Shown here one piece after another: positions 1 through 8,125 of a stretch of 33,115 nucleotides of DNA (positions within the stretch are counted from its first letter, which is position 1; every line of letters begins with the position of its first letter). The position numbers were made by a program, and so were the translations under genes. Source of the stretch: a virus (Duplodnaviria > Caudoviricetes). The DNA is taken from the IMG/VR virus record IMGVR_UViG_3300032295_001071, positions 1 to 33,115 of that record; one strand, given 5' to 3'. The notes beneath the pieces were generated by a model, which was not told the origin of the DNA, did no database searches, and worked only from the letters and a program-made list of their open reading frames with translations.

Positions 1-48
1 CAAGGAAAACGCCATCAAAGCGATGGAAGAAATCCTCAAGCGTAAGGC
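1..48 (+). repeat. Terminal near-direct repeat, left copy (matches 32523-32570)
   Basis: caaggaaaacgccatcaaagcgatggaagaaatcctcaagcg[t/c]aaggc is present at both ends. Confidence 0.95.
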
Positions 49-58
49 TAACAAATGA
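1..58 (+). CDS. 3' end of gp16-like ejection protein (partial; variant of the gene at 30541-32580)
   Basis: Reads KENAIKAMEEILKRKANK*. Nt 1-48 match 32523-32570 at 47/48. Confidence 0.85.
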   Translation, partial: KENAIKAMEEILKRKANK

Positions 59-71
59 AACCCTCAACGCA

Positions 72-100
72 TTGTCACCAGTGCAACCTTGAGCGACAAT
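72..100 (+). promoter_or_regulatory. sigma70-like promoter TTGTCA-N17-GACAAT upstream of tailspike
   Basis: TTGTCA 72-77, GACAAT 95-100. The same architecture recurs before portal, scaffold and gene 27828. Confidence 0.55.
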
Positions 101-123
101 TCATCATCTAGGAGAACCAATAA

Positions 124-1980
124 ATGTCCGCACTCAGCATCCAGCCAACCTTTCCAATCTTTACAGAGACGGACGGATTGCCATTAGAGAACGGCTACAT
201 CTGGATTGGCTCCGCCAACCTAGATCCACAAGGCAACCCAATTAACGTCTACTGGGATGCTGCGCTGTCTCAGTCAGTAGGTCAGCCAATTCGCACAATT
301 AATGGCTATCCATCCAATAACGGTACACCTGGTCGCTTGTACGTCAACAGCGACTACAGCATCAGAGTGCAAAACAGCAAAGGCAGCTTGGTTTATAGCG
401 CACCTGCTGCAACTGAACGATTTAGTGATGTTGTATTTAGTGGCCCAATAGATGCAGACCAAGTTACATATCAGCCACCGGGTTTTGGCGCTGTTGCAAC
501 CACAGTTCAAGATCAACTTGAACTAGAACATTTCATCAGTGATTTTGCAACACTTGCAGATGCAATTACCGCTGCCACAGGCTCATTCAAACTATTGGTA
601 AATGATAACCTAACAGTGCGAATTCCTACCGATGCCGCAAATTTACAGACTGCTGTGAACTGCTTATCACCAAATAACCAGCAAATCACAATCACCCTCA
701 ACATTGAATCTGGTCATTCTCCAGCATCAGGCATTACTGTCTCTAATGGCGACTACTCACAGTTTCGCATCACTTCAACAGATGCAGAAGTAACTTTGAA
801 TTCGTCTTTTGGCACCTCAGCAAACTTTATTTATGGCTTAAATGCAAAACTTCCGCGCCTTGCTTGCCTAGTTGATGCAAACTCTAAAGCAAATTATGGT
901 TACGCAGCATGGGGGGCATCTGTTGGGTACGTAGAGGCAAATTGCGGAGTAAAAAATACTTGGGGTGACGGATGCCGAGCGTATGGCGGCAGCATCATTT
1001 ACGCTTACGACACCATTTGGACAGGCTGCGCCAAAAACAACACCACTGGGTCTGGAATTATTGCTTGGGGTGGCACTGTGTTTGCATCGGGTTCCGACGT
1101 TAGCAACTCAATGTATTATGGCGCCCAAGCCGCGCACGGTGGCATTTTGGTGATCGACAACGGCACTGCAAATAACTGTTTCCGCTACAACCTTCGCGCA
1201 ACTGACGCAGGTTTTATGAGCGCTGATGGCGTAATTGCAAATTATGCTGGATGCGCCCCTGGAACCAATTTGCCTTATCCGGATGCCTTGGCCGCTGGGT
1301 ATGGAATTTACGCATTTAACGGATCATGGATTGCCGCCCGCGATGCGTCGGCCACTAACGCTAAAAATTCAGGTGTTTTGGCGAGTAATGGCTGCACAAT
1401 TCATGTGCGAGGCGCAACATTGACCGATTGTGGTGAAAACGGTGTTTATGCAAACCCAACTTCTACAGTTGACGCTACCGAAACCGATGTAAGTGGCGCT
1501 GGAATTTACGGATATTTTGCTTCCGGTGGATCAACAATTAGCGCAGCATCTAGCACAGCAAACAATTGCGGAACAGGAACAAATGATGCCGCTGTGTTTG
1601 CCGATGCAGCTTCACGAATCAATGTCGAAAGTTTGGATGCAACTGGATGCTCAGGCATCGTTATTCGTTGCGAATCAGCGTCAACAATCAACTGCACCAG
1701 CAGCACAATTACTGGAGCTGGCAATAGGTCGGTTTATGCGTCAGGCGCTTCAGTTGTAAATGCTTCATCTTGCACAGGGACTGGCGCAACAAATGAAGGT
1801 GTTTATGCAGCCAGCGGGTCAACCATTAACGCGCAAAGTAGCAATTTCCAACGCGGTGGTTCAACCTCGATAACAGACATTGTTGTGGAAAATGGCTCCT
1901 TTATAAATGCTGCTGGTGCAACTGGCGGAGTAAACCAAACCGTAAACGTGCTGACCTCCGAAGGAGTGATCTTCCGATGA
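124..1980 (+). CDS. Tailspike / receptor-binding protein (P22-like head-binding N-domain plus parallel beta-helix)
   Basis: N-term PIFTETDGLPLENGYIWIG...PINVYWD...QPIRTINGYP resembles the P22 tailspike head-binding domain. Repeated G-x-YA-xx-GS-x-I-x-A rungs. RBS aggag; position after the ejection genes. Confidence 0.85.
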   Translation: MSALSIQPTFPIFTETDGLPLENGYIWIGSANLDPQGNPINVYWDAALSQSVGQPIRTINGYPSNNGTPGRLYVNSDYSIRVQNSKGSLVYSAPAATERFSDVVFSGPIDADQVTYQPPGFGAVATTVQDQLELEHFISDFATLADAITAATGSFKLLVNDNLTVRIPTDAANLQTAVNCLSPNNQQITITLNIESGHSPASGITVSNGDYSQFRITSTDAEVTLNSSFGTSANFIYGLNAKLPRLACLVDANSKANYGYAAWGASVGYVEANCGVKNTWGDGCRAYGGSIIYAYDTIWTGCAKNNTTGSGIIAWGGTVFASGSDVSNSMYYGAQAAHGGILVIDNGTANNCFRYNLRATDAGFMSADGVIANYAGCAPGTNLPYPDALAAGYGIYAFNGSWIAARDASATNAKNSGVLASNGCTIHVRGATLTDCGENGVYANPTSTVDATETDVSGAGIYGYFASGGSTISAASSTANNCGTGTNDAAVFADAASRINVESLDATGCSGIVIRCESASTINCTSSTITGAGNRSVYASGASVVNASSCTGTGATNEGVYAASGSTINAQSSNFQRGGSTSITDIVVENGSFINAAGATGGVNQTVNVLTSEGVIFR

Positions 1981-2066
1981 ACAATCAACCTGTTCCGATG
2001 CGTTGGCCTACGGACTTTCCAGGTAAACACGACAGAATTCCAGAACAAGATGAATTTAAAGGTTGA
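1977..2066 (+). CDS. Small hypothetical protein (29 aa)
   Basis: ATGA overlap with the tailspike stop; aaggag at 1961-1966; MNNQPVPMRWPTDFPGKHDRIPEQDEFKG. Confidence 0.4.
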   Translation: MNNQPVPMRWPTDFPGKHDRIPEQDEFKG

Positions 2067-2070
2067 AGTA

Positions 2071-2304
2071 ATGAATACGCCTGAAATTGATCCAATTAAA
2101 TATGGTGTTCTTTGGCAAAAAGTCCAAGACTATGAACGTCGCTTTGACGAGATGAGCGCCAAGATCGACAAGATGGAAACATCTGTCGAACACCTTGTGG
2201 CTCTTGCAAACCAAGGTCGTGGAGGATTCTGGGCTGGTATGGCCTTTGTGTCGTTTATCTCCAGCGGTGTCGGTTTTTTCTTAAGCTGGGTCAAAGGCCA
2301 CTGA
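2071..2304 (+). CDS. Coiled-coil plus C-terminal TM protein (XhlA/holin-accessory-like)
   Basis: MNTPEIDPIKYG, a heptad region, then hydrophobic GGFWAGMAFVSFISSGVGFFLSW; lies in the lysis region. Confidence 0.65.
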   Translation: MNTPEIDPIKYGVLWQKVQDYERRFDEMSAKIDKMETSVEHLVALANQGRGGFWAGMAFVSFISSGVGFFLSWVKGH

Positions 2305-2317
2305 TCGGTTGCAAGCC

Positions 2318-2422
2318 ATGAAAGACTGGGCAATAGCAATTACTGCCGGTGTCCTGGTCACTTGCCTGTGCATGTGGGTGGCTTTCGATCTTGTTCATAT
2401 ATTGTGGTGGGTGTTTAGATGA
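2318..2422 (+). CDS. Small membrane protein (34 aa)
   Basis: MKDWAIAITAGVLVTCLCMWVAFDLVHILWWVFR; fills the gap and has an ATGA overlap with the next gene. Confidence 0.5.
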   Translation: MKDWAIAITAGVLVTCLCMWVAFDLVHILWWVFR

Positions 2423-2922
2423 TCGGCCTTCTCCTTGATCCAGATGCCGCGCTTGATGCGGTAAACAACGCTGTACGGTTGGTCAAGAAAGCCAGCGCAA
2501 CAGCGCAGAACATTGAATCGCTGGCCCCAATGCTGGGCAAGTATTTTGATGCCAAAGCCAATGCCATTGCGTCTGCTGAAGCGGCCAAGGCTGGCACATT
2601 TGGTGGCTCGTCAATGGGCAAAGCCTTTGAAATCGAGATGGCCATTGATGCCCAGAAGGAGTTTGAGGAAGACCTAAAGCGCCTTTTCTGGAATGCCAAC
2701 AAGATGGACGTTTGGCAGAAGATCAAGGCTCGGGCCACCGTGATGGAAGCCGAAGCCGCTAAAGCCGCTGGCAAGGCCAAGGAAGATGCCCGTCGCAAGA
2801 AACAGAAGGATCAGGAAGAACTGGAAACAGCCATTGCGGTCATCATCTCGGTTGCTATTTTCTGCGGTCTGATGTGGGGCGGCTGGGAGTTGTTCTCTTT
2901 TTGTCGCAAAAACGGGTGCTGA
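2419..2922 (+). CDS. Hypothetical helical protein with C-terminal TM anchor
   Basis: 167 aa ORF; coiled-coil then TM IAVIISVAIFCGLMWGGW. Confidence 0.75.
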   Translation: MIGLLLDPDAALDAVNNAVRLVKKASATAQNIESLAPMLGKYFDAKANAIASAEAAKAGTFGGSSMGKAFEIEMAIDAQKEFEEDLKRLFWNANKMDVWQKIKARATVMEAEAAKAAGKAKEDARRKKQKDQEELETAIAVIISVAIFCGLMWGGWELFSFCRKNGC

Positions 2923-2926
2923 CGAT

Positions 2927-3106
2927 GTGTGGAAACTCCTCAAATGGTTTGAAGTTGGCACAGATTGGAAGCTCGGCATCGACCGGTTTATCCGGGTCTG
3001 CTGCATGGCCATCGTTGCCAATTGGGTGCTCGACATGATGTACGTGCTACCCGTGGACGACACCAAGTCCATCATCAATTTTGTGAAATCTAACCTAGAG
3101 GAATGA
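2927..3106 (+). CDS. Small hypothetical membrane protein (59 aa, GTG start)
   Basis: MWKLLKWFEVGTDWKLGIDRFIRVCCMAIVANWVLDMMYVLP...; exactly fills the gap before the holin. Confidence 0.5.
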   Translation: MWKLLKWFEVGTDWKLGIDRFIRVCCMAIVANWVLDMMYVLPVDDTKSIINFVKSNLEE

Positions 3107-3107
3107 C

Positions 3108-3632
3108 ATGCTGTCTTTAATTTCTACCCTCGGTGGCCTGCTGATCTCCGGCTTGCCCAAACTGCTGGAATACTTCCAGAACAAAGCCGACCAAAAGCAC
3201 GAACTGGCGCTAGCGCAGGTTCAGACCGAGCGTGAGCTGGCGCTGGCCGCTGCTGGTTTTGCTGCCCAAGCCAAGATCGAAGAAATCCGCACCGAGCAGG
3301 TGGCGATGCAGACCAACGCGCAGATGGCACAGGCTGAAGCTGAGATGACCAAAGGCGCTCAAGATCACGACAAGGCTGTTCTTGCCAAGGCCTCTACATG
3401 GGTTGCCAACTACATCGGCACTGTTCGCCCAACCATCACTTACATATTTGTGATCGAACTCACCCTGATTAACGCATGGCTGGCTTGGTATGTCTGGTAC
3501 AACGATAAGCTGATTAACAGCCTTGACGACTTGGTGCGGTTTAGCGACATCATCTTCAGTGCTGACGAAATGGCCATGCTGGGCGGTATTATTGGCTTCT
3601 GGTTTGGCTCTCGCAACTGGTCTAAGAAATGA
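3108..3632 (+). CDS. Putative holin
   Basis: Hydrophobic N-term, VRPTITY motif, and TM ending in GGIIGFWFGSR, typical of the 3TM holin family; directly upstream of the lysozyme. Confidence 0.65.
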   Translation: MLSLISTLGGLLISGLPKLLEYFQNKADQKHELALAQVQTERELALAAAGFAAQAKIEEIRTEQVAMQTNAQMAQAEAEMTKGAQDHDKAVLAKASTWVANYIGTVRPTITYIFVIELTLINAWLAWYVWYNDKLINSLDDLVRFSDIIFSADEMAMLGGIIGFWFGSRNWSKK

Positions 3633-4150
3633 AACTCTCCAAAGCTGGCGCAGACTTAATGCACCGCTTTGAAGGGTGCAAAAACAAGCCGTACCTTTGT
3701 CCAGCGCATATCTGGACGATTGGGTACGGTCATGTGCTGTATCAGGAGCAGATCAAACTACCCATGGTGCGGGTTGAAGGCAAAGAAATCCCCATGATCC
3801 GCAAAGAGATGCCGCTTAAACCGGAGGACAGCCGTGTCTGGAGCAAAGAGGAAATCGAGAAACTATTCGCTGATGATGTCGCGTCTTTTGAACGCGGTGT
3901 TTTACGACTTGTTCCCGGCGTTGCTGGCAGGCAAGGCGCTTTTGACGCTCTTGTCTCTATCTCCTTTAACTTTGGACTAGGCAATCTGCAACGCTCGACC
4001 ATCCGCATGAAGGCCAACCGGGGAGATTGGGAAGGCGCAGCGGAGGCGTTTATGGGATGGACTAAGGGCGGTGGAAAAGTCCTTCCAGGCCTTGTCAAGA
4101 GGCGTGAAGCTGAACGGGCGCTGTTCCTGAGCGACGAGCAAACAGATTAG
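3629..4150 (+). CDS. Endolysin, GH24 phage lysozyme
   Basis: FEGC...PYLCPAHIWTIGYGH catalytic region; FDALVSISFNFGLG; LPGLVKRREAERALF. Confidence 0.93.
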   Translation: MKLSKAGADLMHRFEGCKNKPYLCPAHIWTIGYGHVLYQEQIKLPMVRVEGKEIPMIRKEMPLKPEDSRVWSKEEIEKLFADDVASFERGVLRLVPGVAGRQGAFDALVSISFNFGLGNLQRSTIRMKANRGDWEGAAEAFMGWTKGGGKVLPGLVKRREAERALFLSDEQTD

Positions 4151-4329
4151 TTTGCATAAACGGCACAGGCCGCAAGGAACGATAACCACAGCATCCCAAG
4201 AATAGCCAAGACAAACCAGTACGCCACACGCCTGAGAATGTGTCGCCACACAGATGGTGGCAATAACTCAGGCCCATGCAACTTCTTGCCAACCTTGGCC
4301 AAATACAGCTGTTCCATCCTCAAGGGCAT
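4147..4329 (-). CDS. Small membrane protein, last gene of the leftward early block (start uncertain, adjacent to junction)
   Basis: 60 aa with C-terminal TM; convergent 4-nt overlap with the lysozyme stop. Confidence 0.5.
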   Translation of the reverse strand: MPLRMEQLYLAKVGKKLHGPELLPPSVWRHILRRVAYWFVLAILGMLWLSFLAACAVYAN

Positions 4330-4784
4330 CCGCCACTCCAGCTACGTCTTCAGCTGATCGGAAGAAAGTATTTGGATCCCGCTCTCCAGGTATTGCTATT
4401 CCTGCGACAGGGCATCCTAAAGAGCAAACACTTATGGCAGAACTTAGAGCGCTTGACGTTAATAAGTTTCCTCTGGCTGCAACTATGCTTACAAGAGCGT
4501 TGATTGAGTTGAGTGAGCTTCACTATCGAACAAAAAACTCACTCCAAGATCAGACGCAATTATCAAAAAATATTAAAAAATCGGCGCAGCATATGTTGTC
4601 CAATGGGAAGCTCAATGCATCCGAAGAAGATATGGTGAAACGCTTATGCAATCCTAGCGGCGCCATGATTGAAATTGAGTCTTTACAAAAAATGGTGCAC
4701 CGCAAGACTCACAATCTAGACCGTCAGTTCGTCAATACGTTGTGGGACAACATTGGGTGCTTTGTTAAGGCGTGTTGGGCTTAG
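4330..4784 (+). pseudogene. C-terminal fragment of a HEPN-like helical protein of the type found next to Dam-family MTases (N-terminus absent)
   Basis: ELRALDVNKFPLAATMLTRALIELS...SLQKMVH...TLWDNI pattern. No credible start; the upstream frame runs antisense into a phage gene. Confidence 0.55.
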
Positions 4785-5639
4785 AGTGCGTGCACGTGTC
4801 AGCTCAGGTGATGAATGCAGGTGAAGATTTTTGTAAATTAAGAGTTCTGTGGCTTGCGGGCGTGCTTGGTGCGTAGAGTACCGTAGACAAAACTCAACCT
4901 GCTCGAACGAGCGATACAACGCTCCGATTTCTGGAGCATTGTCATATGTCACGATAACTGGCGACTTAAGCTTAGCTACACGCTCAGCGATTGCTGAGTG
5001 ATCCTCTGGGCTGTAGAAATTTCGATAGAGCTGAGCACCCTTTTGAAAATAGGGAGGATCAAGATATATCAAGCTTTTTCCTGGAAGATTTGGCTCAATA
5101 GTGTCGAGTAAATCAATCGCATCAAGTCCATACACCGTAATTCGCTTGGAAAGTTTCCCTATAACGCGAATGCGTTCGATTAAATCTTCCTTGTTGTATC
5201 TTGCGCCGAGTTTCCAATCGCCACTTTGACTTTTCCCGCCAATTACGCCCCCGGCAAGGATCCCAGACCGGTTTGTACGGTTGAGAAAGAAGGTCGCAAA
5301 TGCCACGTCAAGTTGAGAGTGCTCGGCTGCTGCCGTGAGAATTTCACGCTGCGCTCGCCAAGTTGTCATGGAAACTCGCGTGCTCTTAATCTTTGCAATC
5401 AACTCATTAGGTTGTTCAGTGACGGCTTTCCAAAATGAAAAGATCACTGGGTCGGCATCGTTAATGACGATGCGATCAACATAACCCTGAATAAGAAGGA
5501 ACAGTGCGGCGCCGCAACCACCGGCGTAGGGCTCGACATACCAGCCACCACTAATGTCGTTATGTCGCAGCAGTTCTGCAATCCATGGACCCAGTCTCCC
5601 CTTTCCGCCAGGATATCGAAGCGGTGTAAAAAATGACAT
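4716..5639 (-). CDS. DNA adenine methyltransferase, Dam/D12 class (N6mA)
   Basis: TPLRYPGGKG (motif X), YVEPYAGGCG (motif I), INDAD, NRTNRSG, IYLDPPY (motif IV); RBS aggagag upstream. Confidence 0.93.
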   Translation of the reverse strand: MSFFTPLRYPGGKGRLGPWIAELLRHNDISGGWYVEPYAGGCGAALFLLIQGYVDRIVINDADPVIFSFWKAVTEQPNELIAKIKSTRVSMTTWRAQREILTAAAEHSQLDVAFATFFLNRTNRSGILAGGVIGGKSQSGDWKLGARYNKEDLIERIRVIGKLSKRITVYGLDAIDLLDTIEPNLPGKSLIYLDPPYFQKGAQLYRNFYSPEDHSAIAERVAKLKSPVIVTYDNAPEIGALYRSFEQVEFCLRYSTHQARPQATELLIYKNLHLHSSPELTRARTLSPTRLNKAPNVVPQRIDELTV

Positions 5640-5763
5640 TCGTTATCTCTCCTAATTACGTACTGTACCTGTGAAGTTCGAAGTTGGCCAGCCCCATCGA
5701 TACTGTTGGTCTTGTGCTCCGAAGAATTCTTTGGTACTAACATCGAACAGGCTTGGAATCTAG

Positions 5764-6318
5764 TCAAATAGTCTGCTGTGGCGTGAACTGCTCATGCCAC
5801 AGATCGGGTAGCGCATTGCGTGTGAACCACATCATGCTGACCTGCTGAGATTGCCTTCCTTCCAGAATGTCCATGATCAGTGATGGATCCAGTAGCGTCA
5901 GCCTCAACAGTTCATTGACTGTGCTTGGGTCAAGTTCCTCCAGTTGGGCAATTTCTGATCCACTGCGGACCTCGCCCGCATCCAATAGTCGCTGCCAGTA
6001 GAAGGCTCGAGCGAGCCCTTGGAACAGAGCAATTTGGCTGTCTTTATCCATGCTCTCGCCATTCAAGTGACCTTCAGCCGTTTCGGATTCCATCAAAATT
6101 CTGTGAACACGATAGCTTTTAGAGACACCACCCTTAGAAAGAACAACAAACGAATAGCCCTTAGTGTCTGTTTGAATGCTAAGTTCCTTGCCTTTGATGG
6201 TTTTTGTTTTTTGCTTCCCGTGGCCATTTACGTTGACTTTGCGTTCAACAGAAAAAACACGGCCATCGTCACTGACCGTGTACAAGCCTTCAAAATTTTT
6301 GACGGGTTTTGTGTTCAT
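5764..6318 (-). CDS. Chimeric ORF: NUMOD4 (HNH homing endonuclease N-terminus) fused to the C-terminal part of a recombinase-associated helical protein
   Basis: aa 1-78 FEGLYTVSDDGRVFS...GYSFVVLSKGG..KSYRVHRIL is NUMOD4/HNH-type, but no HNH motif follows. The remainder LARAFYWQRLLDAG...LRLTLLDPSLIMDILEGRQ resembles serine-recombinase-associated proteins of integrative elements. Confidence 0.7.
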   Translation of the reverse strand: MNTKPVKNFEGLYTVSDDGRVFSVERKVNVNGHGKQKTKTIKGKELSIQTDTKGYSFVVLSKGGVSKSYRVHRILMESETAEGHLNGESMDKDSQIALFQGLARAFYWQRLLDAGEVRSGSEIAQLEELDPSTVNELLRLTLLDPSLIMDILEGRQSQQVSMMWFTRNALPDLWHEQFTPQQTI

Positions 6319-6761
6319 ACGAATGTTAATAAATTGGGAGCTTTCCAGCCTTGTCTTTTCCCTATCTTACCACCAGGAAGAATAACAGGTTTACCGTTTT
6401 CCAATTTATCGTCGTTCGAGTCCAGCACAGCACGATCAGCCCCAGGTTTGTCCATTCCGGCCAGATAAGCCACACCATTGCCAGTTACTTCGGTATCACA
6501 CAGCGCATCTAAGGCATCAACCCGCAGGTGTGTAGGGATGTAGACAAACTGCTCTCGGCGTTTCAACTTGCCGGCAAACCACTCCAGATCGGTGCGTGTT
6601 CTCTCTAGCAACTTTCCGTAGCCCTCAGAGTCGCTTCGCAGTGCCCCTAAAAACTCGCAAAACTCTTCTATGTGGCATCCAATCTGAACTGACAGATCAT
6701 CAATGCTTGGTTTTTTTCCGCAAGCCTTTAACCAGTTTTCGGTGCGTTCGTAATTCGTCAT
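6315..6761 (-). CDS. MazG-like / PRA-PH-like NTP pyrophosphohydrolase
   Basis: HIEEFCEF, LDALCD, VLDSNDDK, GKIGK...W.APNL motifs. Confidence 0.75.
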   Translation of the reverse strand: MTNYERTENWLKACGKKPSIDDLSVQIGCHIEEFCEFLGALRSDSEGYGKLLERTRTDLEWFAGKLKRREQFVYIPTHLRVDALDALCDTEVTGNGVAYLAGMDKPGADRAVLDSNDDKLENGKPVILPGGKIGKRQGWKAPNLLTFV

Positions 6762-6928
6762 GCTTTCACCTCTTTTTTAGACTGCCGTGCCAGTTCCAAC
6801 TTAATACAGTGCAAGATCTGCGCGGCCAAGGTGCGGGTGTTTTCCTCGGCCATTCTCCGCAGTTCAATCTCTACATCAGCAGGTAGCCGCAATGTCTTGT
6901 AGCGGTCTTTGATCTTTTCAGTGGTCAT
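6758..6928 (-). CDS. Arc-like ribbon-helix-helix DNA-binding protein (56 aa)
   Basis: MTTEKIKDRYKTLRLPADVEIELRRMAEENTRTLAAQILHCIK; RBS aaggag. Confidence 0.75.
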   Translation of the reverse strand: MTTEKIKDRYKTLRLPADVEIELRRMAEENTRTLAAQILHCIKLELARQSKKEVKA

Positions 6929-6937
6929 CGTTACTCC

Positions 6938-7342
6938 TTAAAATGGCACGTCATCTGGGAAATCATCAAAACCAGAATTAGCTGGCGCTGATTGCGGCTT
7001 TGGCTTTGGCTGGATGCTTGCCTGCTCTCCACCGGCCACAAACTCCAGATCGACCAAGCGTGCCACCATCTTGGTTGCTTGCGTTCCGTCTCCTTTGGTA
7101 AATGTCTGGATACTCACATCCTCAAGGTAAGCCACAATCTGGCCACCTTTTTTGATGTACGGCGCTAAAGATTCTGCTCGTTGACCCCACAGCGAGGCAT
7201 CAACCCATTGAGTCGGGCGCTTACCGTCCTCACCTTTTTTGCCGTAGGTAAATGCCAGTGAAACATTGGCCACCGCTGCACCACTTGGTGTGTATCGCAC
7301 CTCGGCGTCTTTGCCGATGCGTGCCAGTCCGTTTGCTTTCAT
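6938..7342 (-). CDS. ssb: Single-stranded DNA-binding protein
   Basis: IGKDAEVRYTPSGAAVAN OB-fold start; acidic tail DDFPDDVPF. Confidence 0.95.
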   Translation of the reverse strand: MKANGLARIGKDAEVRYTPSGAAVANVSLAFTYGKKGEDGKRPTQWVDASLWGQRAESLAPYIKKGGQIVAYLEDVSIQTFTKGDGTQATKMVARLVDLEFVAGGEQASIQPKPKPQSAPANSGFDDFPDDVPF

Positions 7343-7626
7343 AATTGCTCCTTCAGTTTGTAAACCCGAACAACCCGAGCGTGGGCTGATGGGTGGGTTG
7401 CTTGACAGAATCCGATCGGCTCGAAGGCGTCACCCCTCAGAACCGCGCCCCAGGTGTTGGGGTGATAGTCGTCCGGCAGCTCGATGAACTTCCGAACGTC
7501 GTTGATGGTCACCTGGCCAGCACGCTGCGCGATTGCCACAGCTGTGCTGCGTGCCTTGGCGATCCATTCCTCGCGGCCAATGGACATACGAGCGATGCCT
7601 GCGTCTCGAAGGTCGCGGCCGTTCAT
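7339..7626 (-). CDS. Hypothetical phage protein
   Basis: Start MNGRDLRDAGI (ATG 7626) with ggagag RBS; overlaps chained with neighbours. Confidence 0.7.
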   Translation of the reverse strand: MNGRDLRDAGIARMSIGREEWIAKARSTAVAIAQRAGQVTINDVRKFIELPDDYHPNTWGAVLRGDAFEPIGFCQATHPSAHARVVRVYKLKEQL

Positions 7627-7919
7627 GTTTGCTCTCCTGTTGCTTTGGCGATGGCAACGGCAGCAGCGGCATCCAGTTCGCGCAGCATCTCGACGCGTTC
7701 CCAGAATGTCGTGCCTTCGTGGCTTGATTCTGCCTCTGACCATGCGACGAACTTTTGCAGCGCAGCCAGCAGATCAGGCGCTGCAGCGATCAGGCGGGCA
7801 TCACTGTCGTTTGGCTCCGTGATGAACTCCGCAATGTTTGTGCCATTGGGTGCTAAAAGTTCTCCACAAAATCCGGGTTCATAGTCGTAGCGCCATGGTC
7901 CTGGTGTGTGATTGCTCAT
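7623..7919 (-). CDS. Hypothetical phage protein (HTPGPW...DARLIAAAPDLLAAL family)
   Basis: Common phage early-region motif; RBS aggagg. Confidence 0.8.
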   Translation of the reverse strand: MSNHTPGPWRYDYEPGFCGELLAPNGTNIAEFITEPNDSDARLIAAAPDLLAALQKFVAWSEAESSHEGTTFWERVEMLRELDAAAAVAIAKATGEQT

Positions 7920-8125
7920 GCGTTCCTCCTAAATGGTTTTTCAATAATCGCTCGGCCTGTGGACTTAGAAATCTTCATGGTCAAATCGAATTCGTTGACA
8001 AGATTTTCCAGTGTTATGCCGATTGGCAAACGGTCAGCGTATACGCCGCCGATCTCGCAAGGCTCGCCAGACAGCTGAACCTCTTTGAGTGCGTGGCGCA
8101 CTGCGTCCAGGTGGTAGTCGCTCAT
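7916..8125 (-). CDS. Hypothetical protein
   Basis: MSDYHLDAV start with ATGA overlaps on both sides. Confidence 0.6.
   Translation of the reverse strand: MSDYHLDAVRHALKEVQLSGEPCEIGGVYADRLPIGITLENLVNEFDLTMKISKSTGRAIIEKPFRRNA

Larger units (their letters stand above)
4330..6085. mobile_element. Foreign-looking segment (insertion/replacement or chimeric join); boundaries approximate
   Basis: Both edge genes are fragments, the right edge is an in-frame fusion into a NUMOD4 gene, and the content resembles a bacterial genomic island. Confidence 0.65.

Noticed and set aside
71-100. ATTGTC...GACAAT inverted repeat as a hairpin or terminator
   Set aside because: Better explained as the -35/-10 pair of the recurring promoter; no U tract.
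4254-4330. Track start of the 176-aa + strand ORF
   Set aside because: The first ~25 codons are antisense to the phage membrane gene 4147-4329 and lack an RBS; treated as read-in across the junction.
4330-6085. IS element or transposon as the explanation for the foreign segment
   Set aside because: No transposase and no terminal inverted repeats visible.
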